A DNA stretch of 64,000 nucleotides, taken from the NCBI GenBank assembly GCA_036172245.1, contig JAYWIR010000028.1, positions 930,001 through 994,000 on the forward strand, read 5' to 3'. The notes under the pieces are model-generated. The model was not told the DNA's origin, made no database searches, and saw only the letters and a list, made by a program, of their open reading frames with translations. Positions 11,201-23,070 of the stretch are shown here, one piece after another (position 1 is the first letter of the stretch; every line of letters starts with the position of its first letter). Both the position numbers and the translations under genes were made by a program. The stretch comes from Raillietiella orientalis (taxonomy: Eukaryota).

Positions 11201-13750
11201 ACCAGCGCGTCCATGGAAGCCGAAACCCGTGCTACCAAAGTCTGACGCAGACGGATGTAAAAGACATGGTCGCGCTTAATGCGATTCTGTTTCGGGAACC
11301 AAAGCTGTTAAAAGAGACACGTTCGCTCCCTCTTGATCTGATCGGACTGACCTGCCAGGGAGAGAACTGCGGGTTCGCTGAGGAGCAAATGTGTGTTCGA
11401 AAGAAACGTGTGTGCCTGTGGTTTGAGTGGCAGCATCTCTGGAATGATGGATCGGAGGCAGAATCACGGTTCGGATGGAGGCCAATGCCTTCTTCGCCTC
11501 CGAGAAATCCTCAGGGCTCGGCTGCACGGCGGCGCGAGGCGAACGCATCCTTCGGTAGCGTCAATCCTACGATTCCTTCACGAATTTCTACACGAAGCTG
11601 AAAAATTTCCATGCGTGAATTTCGATGTGGACCGGCGCCCCTTCGACTCGTGGCGGTGGCGGAGTTGCGCAGCATACCGAAGCATACCACGGCGGAAAAG
11701 CAGTTTCGACGGAGCACTAAGTGCTCCTGAAGATGGAAAAACGAAGCGATAAGTTCGACATGGAGGTGTGATGGAAAGAAAAATGGATGAGGTGGGGCTA
11801 GGGATGCGAATTGGAGGACCGATCGCCGAAAAGCCATCTTCTGCTTCTGATGCACATTCCCATCCTCTGAAAGGATGGACTCTCTCTCATTTCTCCAGCC
11901 TCGAGTCCTCATCAGATCTCTGAGATGTCATCGCACAGAAGCTCAGGGAAGACTTTCCAAGGAGTCTGCTCCCTGAGGTCAGTTATTTGGGGTGAACTGC
12001 TTAGCGGTCCAAACAGCAGAGTCCTGGACCAAACTGTTCTCGCGTAGAAGCACACAAGGATTCGTGATGGAGAATCAGATTCAAGTGAGGACTGCTGCGC
12101 ACTTCGGGGCTTCTAAGAGTGTTCCAGAAATTCCGAAATCTGCTTTCGCTTTCCTATTTCGAATCGGGAATTTCCTCTCGCCCCGAACAATCCAGCACGT
12201 AGAATGCAAGCCTCGATCGAAGAACATTTGAAAGGACACACACACACACATATGGCGTACGGATTCCTTTTCAAGTACCTGTTGCGCATTCCCTTGCTTT
12301 TGGTATTGGCTGAGGGAAGTGGCAGCGCGTGACATCCCATCGGGAGCAGCGACTTAGGCCAAGGGTAAGCATCTGCTGGAGCATCCTGGAAACGGACCTT
12401 GTATCTGGGACAAGCTATCAGGCGCAGGAGTGCTGCATGCATAGTCAGCGCAGCTCAAGTAAACCGAAGGAAGAAGAAGTGAGATCTCCTGTGGCGTAGG
12501 TGCTGCCTGACTGAATGTTATGACGTCAGGCGTGTTTGATGAGAAGCTGCACTTGTCGTGGATCTCGCGTGCGATGCACGATTCGAGTCTCAACGCTTCC
12601 TGCAGGATGGCTGGTGCTGCGCTCCCGTTTTTCTCCTTTCAGAGGCGCTCCTTGGAGCTCGAGTGCCCAAAGACTCCCGACGAAAGCGGCCGTCAGGGAA
12701 AGATCCTTTCTCCAGCTTTCGAGCAAGGTGGGATTTCCCCGCCTTGTCCAGATAGCGCTCCCGAGCAGGCGATCCGTGGTGCACTCTTCTCGAAGGGATT
12801 CGCCGAGTGCTTCTGGCGCCTCCGAGGCCACCGTTCCTCAAAACATCGGTATGGGAATTCCTAACGAGATCACGTGGACACTCACGGGAATCTTCCAGGG
12901 GACGCGTGCTCTTGATGCGATTTTTCCTGGGGAAGGAAGGAACTGAATTGGGAGCGGTGGCCCGCTCTCGGGATGATTCGGCAGAGTGAATACTCTGAAT
13001 GTGACCTAATTGGAGACGGCGTCTCTCGGACACACATCTTCCCACGGTGATGAACTGAACGAAAAGATGCTGCAGCGCACTTTTGCCTCCTTTCATCGTG
13101 GTCAAGAATTTGTGGGTCTTGCAGGGTTTTCCCCGATTTGCATTCTCTCCCTCTGGCAACGGAAAGTTTCGTTGGAACCCTCCTCTTTCAGTTTCTCGCT
13201 GGAATTCCGCTGCAGCGAATCCATCGGCTATTATGAAGGAGCGTCTCTGTTCCTTCCGTGTCGGACGGGCTGCCACCTTAGAGACGCTCGCTCTCTAAGG
13301 TCTCTTATCCACGATCGGGATGACCACATGCGCAGGAACTGTCATGAGATCCAGTATTCTTCTTCAAGGTCCGTTCTTCCCTTCTCGCAGGCAGTGAGCT
13401 AAGCAGAGCAGACTGATGGTGATGACGGAGAAACGGACGCAGATTGTAGCTGCAGCTCCTCTTTTTTTCTTTTTCTGCAAGTGGGGACCAATAGGTCGAA
13501 AAGAGATGCACGCTCTGTATCATTTCTCTGTTCCTGGCGTGAAACACACTTTGCGATGCAGCCACGAGCACGTGCAGCGTTCCAATGTTCATCGATTCTC
13601 GACGGTGTGCAAATCTGAAAACAGAGCAAAGAATGGTTCGAAACCATCTGACGGCAGCTGAACACAGAGGAGGAAAGCACTTCAAGAACAGCAACCAAGT
13701 GAAAGAGAAGAAAGAAGAAAGAAGCATACCCAGATTGTGACTTCTCCCCT

Positions 13751-13761
<11 letters not shown>

Positions 13762-13791
<30 letters not shown>
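13762..13791. repeat. (CT)n microsatellite preceded by poly-C
   Basis: Directly visible. Confidence 0.95.
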
Positions 13792-13795
<4 letters not shown>

Positions 13796-15498
13796 ACCAG
13801 AGAGCCTCTTGTTTGCCTCCCCTCGTAATTTCCTGACAGAAAGTCTTTCCACCTTCCGTCCTGCTCGGGTTAAACGGTTTCTTTTATTGTTCTCTCTCCC
13901 TCACACACGCGCACAAAAACAAGCAAACAAACAGGAATCAAAAGTGATGACGGCAGCACTTTGCACAACCACCTCTGATTTGATACGCTCGCGCAGCATC
14001 TCCCGAAGAGTGCCCTAAGACGTCGTCCTAATAGCAAGTAGCCACCACATCCGAACAGAGTTTTGTGTGGTTGCTTCCTCATTTTCCGCTCAAAAGAGTT
14101 GTATGTTGCGACGTTGTCTCCATTGGCTCGATCGATCGAAGGGGTCCCCCTGTGATTTGCCGATCCCATTGCACCACGGATTAATTAATTTCAGGCGCGG
14201 ATAGCTTGGTGAGGACATCATCTCTGCGCTTGTCTGTCAATAGTTTTCGAGATTGTCGTCCAAGGGGAGATTAATTACAGATTGGCCGTGTGAGACGATG
14301 TATAACGTTGCTAGAGGATGATGCTGTTGCTAGAGGCGGTTGCAATTGGCGAAACAGCAGCAGCTCAGAAAAATTCTGCAGCTTGCCCTCCCCCCCCCCC
14401 CAAAAAAAAAAAAAAAAAAAAACATATTTCCTCACCGTGTTCCACCTCTTTGTACGCAATAAGGCTCTGTGTCCTCTCAACTTCTTAGTTATTCTGCAAA
14501 GGTTCTCAAAGCAATGCAATCATCAGTTGAACTCTTTGACATGTGTTGCTACATAAATTATGTGTGCGTCTATATATATTACGAGTGTACGCACACGCAG
14601 GTGTATTATGCACACACGTATGTATATTATACGTGTGCTGTATAGATAAGAGGTTCCCAAAATTTGCAAAGGATACTCGGAGAAATCAGACCGTGATTGC
14701 TCTTTCAAAAGGAGCTTGCAGATCTGTGGTCCATTCATGGACGATGATGCAAGCTATTCTGTGTGTACTTAGCTACGTGTGAATGCAATTTTTCTCGAGC
14801 TTTCTTTTGTCGCTTACAGGTCACCACACTCTTTCCCTACAGGTCATTAAGATAAAAAAAAAAAAAAAAACCGAAAAGAACTGTGTTCCAGCTTGACCTT
14901 ATTACGAGATGGCATCATCTTAAATTGCGAGATGAATGCGTGTAATGACACACGCGTTTCTGGAATGTACTTTTCAAAGCACTTTTCGAGTTTTGCTGAC
15001 AAAAATATACTGAAAAAAAAAAAAAAAAAAAAAAAAAAAAGCACAGCTTGCTTCTATCACTCGGTACCTTAAAGAGTACACAAACTGCGTACCGATGCTA
15101 CCTCGCTGCAGCATCTCCCAAACGACGTTCAGCGGAACACCAGTGTTCCGCGGAAAGTCGATAAGTGTTCTGTGAAAAATTACGAGGATTAATGCATTTT
15201 AAATGCTATATTGGACTTATTTTTCTATTACTTTCATGTGTTTGGCTTTACATAATTAAAATTCGAGAATTCACGTTTGCTTTGCTTTCTTGACTCTTCC
15301 GCTTGCTTGCTCGGTTTATTTCGACATCTGCCTACCCCACAAAATGACCAAGGTCTTCCGCTGAAATGTGAGTTTGGGGAACGCTGCCTTCCTGGAACTC
15401 TTCATCCTCGATCCTCACTGCCCCCCGACGTCGTTTGTTCCCGAATCACCGCTCGGTGGCCACCCTGCACTTCCCCCAGCACGTGTGGAACTTGGAAA

Positions 15499-15931
15499 CG
15501 GGGGATGGGGGTCGCCACCCGGACACGCCGGGGTCTGTCTACGACGTGGTACAAGACCCCGCTAAGGCCCATCGGGCATTGGACCAGCCGGGTCGCCGGT
15601 ATGCAGACCGCCGGGACTCACCTCGACAGCGGAGGGGGATGGGGAAAAGCAAAAAGAACAAGAAAGCAAAGATATATAAAAAAAAAAAAAAAAAAAAGAC
15701 TTTGGAGGGGAGGGAAGGGATCACTGCCCTCTGGTGGCGGGGTCCATCCTTCGCAGGATCCTGGTCAGGTCCCTCCGGATGTTCCTCGGGTGAGGCCACC
15801 TGATTGCAATGCGCAAGAAGCGTACTGCATGCACGGTGGTGGAGTCCCTCTCGTCGCTTCCTCCTGCTGAGGTGTCGCTCCATGCCGCCACAGTCCTGCA
15901 TCCAGGGCTGGAAGGGGGCGGAAGGGGGGCG
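15499..15931 (-). mobile_element. 5'-truncated L1/Tx1-like copy (ORF2 C-terminus plus 3' UTR)
   Basis: RTVAAWSD...IRWPHPRNIRRDLTRILRRMDPATRGQ* matches the family C-terminus. T-rich UTR; terminal hairpin at 15517-15534; flanked by degenerate ~30-35 bp direct repeats (15463-15498 and 15932-15962). Confidence 0.8.
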
Positions 15932-18900
15932 CCCTGCACTTCCCAGAACGTGGAACTCGAAAGCGGAATCCCAGAAGCTCTGGGACCGATCGTGATCTCG
16001 TGCATGGCAACGGAGGCAATGTACCAGAATCACCTACGATTGAAAGTACCCATCCCGAGTGAAAGAATCAGGTTTGTCGAAAGGAGGAGTTGGTTCCATT
16101 TCACAGTCTGCTTCGTCTTTTCCCATAGGGAGATCTGGGCATACTGGCCGTGACTAAACTTCGTAGAACAGGTGCCACGGAAGAGAGCATCAATCTGCAA
16201 AGTCCCAAATCGAGACGGAGGACTTTTTGAATCGAGAGGAGGAGCACGCGCTTTGGAAAGGGAAGAGTGGATAGTTTGAGACTTCGAAAGTGCAGACATC
16301 TGACATCTGACACTGAGGGATGGTGGGAGGAGGATTTCTCTTCCCCCTTTTTAGAAGCTCCGTTTTTCTTTTTGGACCATTTTGCAACCCTCGTCCCCAG
16401 AGTTGGGACTCTACAACACAGCAATCTAAATGCGCATCCCAGAGGCTGAAAAGAAATTTCAGCAAACGAGCTCACAGATGAGATCGCAAAGAAATATGGG
16501 CTGTTATTCGTCAATGCATTCACATGTAGCAGGTGATACACATTTAGCACACGTAACTCTCACACATATGACAGCACACAAAATGAAAGAGGGAAGCATT
16601 CGTTGGTATGCAACACAATTTTATCTTCAGCTTTTTTCGGTTCCCAACGCACCGACTGCAATGTTCGCAGATTGCTAGTCATTTTGTTTTTTTTTGTTTT
16701 TCCATAACGCCTCGTTTATATGATTACATTACTTCCTTATTCGCCTTGTTTTGTTGTGCTTTTCTATTATTTTGCCAGGATTATTCTTTATATAAAGAAG
16801 ATCGGACAGATGCACCACCCCCTTGCTTGCTGACGGGTTGGCTTCCCCCGCGGTCCTCTTTGGAAATCGCCGCCGAAGAAGAGCTCTTCGGAATCGTCAG
16901 CAGCAGGGGTGGCTGTCGAGCTACTCCAAGAACCTGAAGCAAGTGAAGCTCCAAGTCGTGTTCCAAGTGCCACAGTGTTTCCGTCTCCACGCAGGTCATC
17001 GATTCATTCATGTTTGAATCCTTCGTGTTCTCCACGTGAGCACTTTGGAGAGCAGGGTGGACTCTTCAGACACAGTGGAGTCTGTGGCATCAGGAAGCTA
17101 TGAGCAATGAGATTGCTTCGATTTCTTGGCTGCTTCGAAGTCTACATAGGGCTCATGCGTATGGCGTGTTTTCTATTTCAGATCAATAATTTGTTTTTCC
17201 ATGGTTCTATTTATTCTTATTGCACATAATATCTTCTTAGAGACGAACTCACCAGTCATGTCCTCAGCAAAGACTCAATGCCCCACAGGGAAGGTTCTCT
17301 TGAGAAGAAGATGGTATTTAGAGCATTTTTGTTGTTCCTCGTGGGCTCACATGGTTTATCGTTTGCCGGAAAACCGTAGTTGCCTTAAAGTTCCTTACTT
17401 AGCTGTTATTTAGTGGCATGATCTTTAAGTTCCAGCAAGCTCTCCTGAGATTAGTGGAATACGTTCTAAAGCATCCTTGAAGTTTTCAATTTTTTTTTTT
17501 TTTTCTTCTATACCAAAGAATTCGCGGTTCTCTATTCTTTATCTCCTATCTACTTACACGATAATCCTCCCATGTTTCTCTTTCAGTTTATTGGACTCAT
17601 GCTGCACTGACATTTATCCAAGATGTATCTCACTGGCCCAATTGAAACTCGTGTTCATGATTTGCTCTCTGGATTCCTGCATTCCGCTCTCCTCTCAGTG
17701 CCTTCTTCCTTGCTTCGGATGCCGGGAGTTTGCTATTCGTCATGGGCACTCGGAAAATCTTCAAGGTCCAGCCGAAATCTAATTGTTCCTCTTGTCATCG
17801 TAACCGAAGATGCGCTGAAATAATCTCCAGCTCGGGAAATACTGCCTTCCATCTTCCTTTCGCTTTCCTCAAGGATGCTTTGGCATTTCCTTCGATCACA
17901 AATTCATTTTTTTTTTTTTTTTAGCTTACTTTGGAAAAATCCAGTGCATTGCGGAAGTCGCTATTGCTCCGCAGTGGTTTAAAACTTACGCGGCCCGTCT
18001 TACTCACGAGCATCTGGGAAAGTTTCAGATGAGATTTTTCATTTCAATGTGAATCAATGACGAAACCGGCTGTTTACGAATGCACCAAATGTTAAGCGCT
18101 CTTTTAGGTGCTGAGCTTTTCGCAGCTTGAGGCAATGCGAATAGATGAGCAGAGTCTCACGAAATGTCTTACAGGCGGAATAGAGGAGTGCTCTATACGA
18201 GGATGTTGGCAAAAAACAGCTGGATCTTCTGCAGCAGATGTGGTGAGAGACTCAGTTGTATGAGGGTTAAAAGTCTCCTTTGTGTGGTCAAAGGCATATA
18301 TGATGATGGCATCAACACGATGGATTCGGAAGCATCCACACCGTGGTTCACCTTTCAAAGAATTACTTGAGCTGAATCACATGATCTGCGAAACCACTTA
18401 AGCTGATCGCAGACTACGGAGACGCGACTCAGCGCAGCGCCCGCTGTCCTGCAGCAGGACAGTAGTGGCCATGGAAATGGATGCCCTTAAGCATCGAGCC
18501 GACGCCCAGCCACAGGGACAAGACCGTTCCTGTTTTTCGGCGTGTCAATCGGAAGAAGGCAAACTTACTCAGGTTCTGGCGAAAACAGTAGGGGAGGATC
18601 GGGGCGATGTGCGCGGAAGGGGTCGGGTGCGATCTCGCCTGGGGCTGCTGCCGAAGGTGCAGATCTCGGAGTCGGTGTCAGATGCTCCGGAAAGACTCTG
18701 GAAGTTTGAGGCGGAGGTAGATCCAATGAGAACAGTCTCTGGGAGTGGTCCAGTCGATTTCAAATCCCCGGAGATGTCCCGTGGTTCGTCTTTTGTGCGC
18801 ATTTTTTTTTCCCCAACAGATCAGGGATGCAGCTTCTTCGAACTCTGGCTCCAACCCCCGCGCTCATCGTCATCTCTGGTCTTTTCAAGAGTGTGCATGC

Positions 18901-21900
18901 ATGGGGGCATGCGCTCATATGTGTACTTTCAACATCTTCTGTCCTGAGATGCCTTTCTACGTCTTACGCCTTCTCCTTAGAGAACTGTCCCCTTCCCCCA
19001 TCTGAAATGGCGAGTCTTCTAGGATAGACTTTGACCTCGAACTACTCCGCCAAAATCTTTCCATAATTAAGGACCGTCTCATCCTTGAAAACAAAACGAG
19101 AATCTCTTTCGGAGACAATTATCCTGGACAAAAATTCTGGATGTCAAGTAGGGGCAGCAAGTGCAACTCGGGTCAGCGCAGTTAGACAAGGACAATCTGA
19201 CCACTTGACTCGAGGACTTCGGAGTTCTCAAATCTGCGGGAGTTCGTTCGCGGGAAGCGCTCGCCGACTTCCAAGGAGCCCCCACGAACTTCTCCGGCTT
19301 TTCCTGGGACGCAATGTGGCGAGCGGCGCGACCACTGGGGCGGCGCCCGACGTAGGGAGTATCGAGGATGCGAGGAAGGACTTTTTACTTCCATGTAAGC
19401 AACGAATTGAATGAGGGGAGAAGTTAATGGTCAACGGCTGAGTTGGCCTTCTTCTTGGTCTTTTTTCCGCCTCGACAATAATCACTGCCCTAATTCTGTG
19501 CAGCAAAGGTCATTACCTCATCTTGCGAGCCGAAACCAATAGCGTTCGTGTGCCAACGGAAATTAAGTGCCACAGACCGTTTCTGGCATCGGGGCTGAAC
19601 TGAAACTGCGGCACGAACGGCCGAGAATTCTCCCTCTTCCTCGACGGTTACTGATGTATAAATCGAATATCGATTTTCCTCCACTCATTAAGGCGCCGCA
19701 TTTGCACAGAAAACAACTGTTTACGAGATAGAGTAATTGGATGTTGCTCTAATGAACAACCCGAGACGTTTACCATGTGAGCCTGTGCCACAGTTTTGCT
19801 TTTGTTGACACACTGACGGCGCAATTTGGGGGACACCTGTGTGTGCCTGCGTGTGTTCCGGATGCGATGCAAGCCTGACAACCTTCTCTGCGAACCGTGG
19901 GCCTTTTTTCCTACAGGGAGATCAACGATCTCCCCTCGATTTCGCACCGACTCCGCTTTCTATTCGGGAAGGCGGATCCAACTTCAAATGCTTCCTCAGT
20001 GAATGTTTTCCTTCTTCTTCTTCTTCTCCAAAGATCATTTTTTTCTCTCTGAAAATTCATGCTTATGTTTTGATGACTCCCAGGGATTCCCACTGAGGCC
20101 ATTCGGGATTTCGATCTCAGCGACGTGGAACTTTCGATCAATTTCGCGAACCGACAGGCTGTGTACTCTTGGGCGAGTCAACAAGTCGGCTCCATCGTGG
20201 TCATCAATGTTGACCTTCGGAGGCGAAGAAACAGCCCGAGCTGACTTGATCGTGGAGTGGATCGTGGTTTTCCGTCGCTGCCCGACACGCAGAAGACACG
20301 CTGACCCTTGCCACTCAAACGACCCAGGCCGTGGAGCGCCGGTTTCGTGAGCCGTTCTGTGAAGCCGACCTCCCGGTCCTTGAGTCTCAACTCATCCGGG
20401 AAAAGGGGCAAGGATCCCCCTGGATAGAAAGGACCTGGGAATCCGAACTTCTCTCTCATCCGGCGCTGGCTGCTTTCGCGCGCGAAGAATCCGACGAAGA
20501 GCGCACTTGTGAAAAGCCCGCGCCACCAGATCCTCGCGCCGTACGAGGACAGTGGTCTGCGTCTCAAGGAAATCCGCGAGATCGCACCAATGTGCACTCT
20601 TGCAAATCCCCCCTCCCGAACGGATCAAACCTCAGGATAGCAGAATTCTTAGCATCCTGGTAAGAGATCCCTGCGAGCGCGTTTTCTGGTCGCGTTTCGA
20701 CGCTAATCTCTCTCCTCATAGACTTCTGTTTCGACTGTCCCTCATTCCACGGATCTCCTTCTTCTGCAAACATCCTGCTCACCTCCGAACGGATCAAAAC
20801 TTCGCACGTCAATCTCATCATGCGTTACGTCTTAGATGGATGTAATATCCTGATGCATCCCCCTTCCCACCCTCTAGTTTCAGCAATTCGGGCTCCCTCT
20901 ATCCAAAAATGTTTGTTTCTTACATTCATGATAAAAAAAGGAACGGAGGGAAGACGAAGGGAGACATTTGCGCCATATCCATCGATCCCCTCCCTTTCCT
21001 TCTTCTTGTGATTTTCGAACGCTCTTTCGTCAAGGGAGGTGACCCACTGGATGCTTCCGATACGCATCCTGGAAGCACTGCGTGTTCGAGGACTCGGTTT
21101 CTTTTCTGGGGCTCCCTCCTGCCTCTTGGAATTTTCAGCTGCCTCAGCATTTCATCTTTTCCAGCGTCCCAAGAGCTCAGGGATCCTACTTCGCTGCGTG
21201 ACGTCATCTTACGCGATCAGCATGGAGGCCACAATGCAGATCTAAAAATACAGGGCGAGGGACTTAAAAGTAGTTCTGGCTCAGCGGTGCCACCGACCAC
21301 ACACCACCCAGCGAGCTTCAACAGGTGGAATGAGACCCCACGCCTAGCCAAGGAGGGTCCGCAGCTCGTTCCCCTTCCTTCTGAGGAACGCTGCTGCCGT
21401 CTCATTGCCTCAGTCGGAGACGCCGGAGCCACAGACGATCCACCGTGATACCGCTGTCGAGCCGCGCCGTCGCTCTGTGTCGAGGAGAGGACGAGGGAAC
21501 GGAGGAATCGAAGAGGATGCTGGGTTTCCATCGCATCGACCAGCATCCTCACATCGCATCTGACACATTGGCAGGTTTATGAGGTCCAGCGCTCTGGAGC
21601 GCGGAACCTTGAGACAAAATGTAGCGAGGCTAGAAGAGGCGGACTGGTTTCAAGTGGCTCACATGGTATGACTGCCCTCCTGCGATAGCGAAGGTCTCTT
21701 TGAAGGCGAGGTGAAGAGTCAGTCCTTGATATGGAAAGGACTTGCACTTCTTCTTCTGCCTTGCTTTGTATTCATAAGGGCAGGACGGCATCCGATATGA
21801 CTACTCTGCCCTCACCCCGGAACCCCAGATCCGACCGTGGCTTCACGGAATGGACTGGTCTGACAACAGTTCCCAAGGTTCCGATGTGACCCGCTCGATG

Positions 21901-22848
21901 TGTGCTACCAGTTCGTCATGCCTCCATGATCACGGCTTGATTGCTTGGCGCACCTGTTGAGGATGTGAGCTGGCGATTTCCTCCCAGGAACTCCGCAACT
22001 TCTCCACAAGCGATCCCCGGTGGACGATGCCCCCACAGGCAGAAGGTGAAGCAGCATCCTACCCTGTACGATTGTACTGTGCACCAGACGATGATTGTTT
22101 TCGATAGATAAATGCATCGAAAAGCGTGACAAGTGGAAAACTTCCATGACGTTGCTGTCCGTCTACGAGAAACTCGGTCTCCTCAAGAACCTCAGCAAAG
22201 CACACGCTTCTTCCGGGAATCTGCTCATTCGTTAGGGCAATAAGGCTGCTACCACGCACTGATCAAAACGGATCTGGAGCAAGCATCATTCCGGATCCAG
22301 GTATATCCCAGCAGCCAACTCTTTGCACAGTGCCACGAGACTTACAGTCCCAAGACTCAATCCTGCCATGTCTTTCTCAGGCGCAGATGATTTCATCCAT
22401 CAGGGGAATAAGCACCAAGTGTACAGAAGCTAAAAGTAAGAAGAATTGTGATGTGACGGTGAAGGCATGCTCAAGAAGTTGCAAGCATTCGCAATCGACG
22501 TGTGAAAACGTTGAAGGGAGACGATAGAGTAGAAGAAGGAGGCAGAAAATTTGGGAAGTTTCTTCCCGCTGAGAGCAAAACGTGCAGTTGCCTACATTAT
22601 GGGACGGAACATGGTGCAACTCGTTCCACTGGAGGACCAAAAGTGCGCAGATAAGGAACTGAAGTTGGATGAATTTTTAGCCTTTTAGCTACGGAGGCAC
22701 TGCGGGATGTTCCTATATGCTGGAAAAGAAAGAAAGGAAATTGCAATGGTCAGGTAATCGGAGCGAGAATCCGAGGTAGCCCCAGGTCTCTGATGTAGGA
22801 AACACATCGCCGGACAGCGTTCCACAGTTCCCTCATGGCAATTTGTAT

Positions 22849-22876
22849 ATGTGCGTGTGTGTGTGTGTGTGTGTGT
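22849..22876. repeat. (TG)n microsatellite, slightly interrupted
   Basis: Directly visible. Confidence 0.9.
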
Positions 22877-22879
22877 TTC

Positions 22880-23070
22880 CGCCATGAAGTCCGATAAACT
22901 TCATACCTTGGATCCCATGTACCCAAAGAGCCTACCAAAATGATCTCATTAACAGTCCTTGAAAGATTAAGCTATGAAACAAGGAAGTCCCACTGCTACG
23001 GCTTACTCTCGCGCATTCGTGTAAAGGAAGAGTCCCAGGGGCTCTCAAAGGGAATGACTGACTCCTGAAA
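22880..23070 (-). mobile_element. Decayed REL (restriction-like) endonuclease fragment of a NeSL/Utopia/R2-group non-LTR retrotransposon
   Basis: One minus frame reads ESVIPFESPWDSSFTRMRESKP*QWDFLVS*LNLSRTVNEIILVGSLGTWDPRYE, matching the DVxxPFE...RxxKxxKY...IVGxLGxWDP pattern. Two in-frame stops. Confidence 0.7.
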
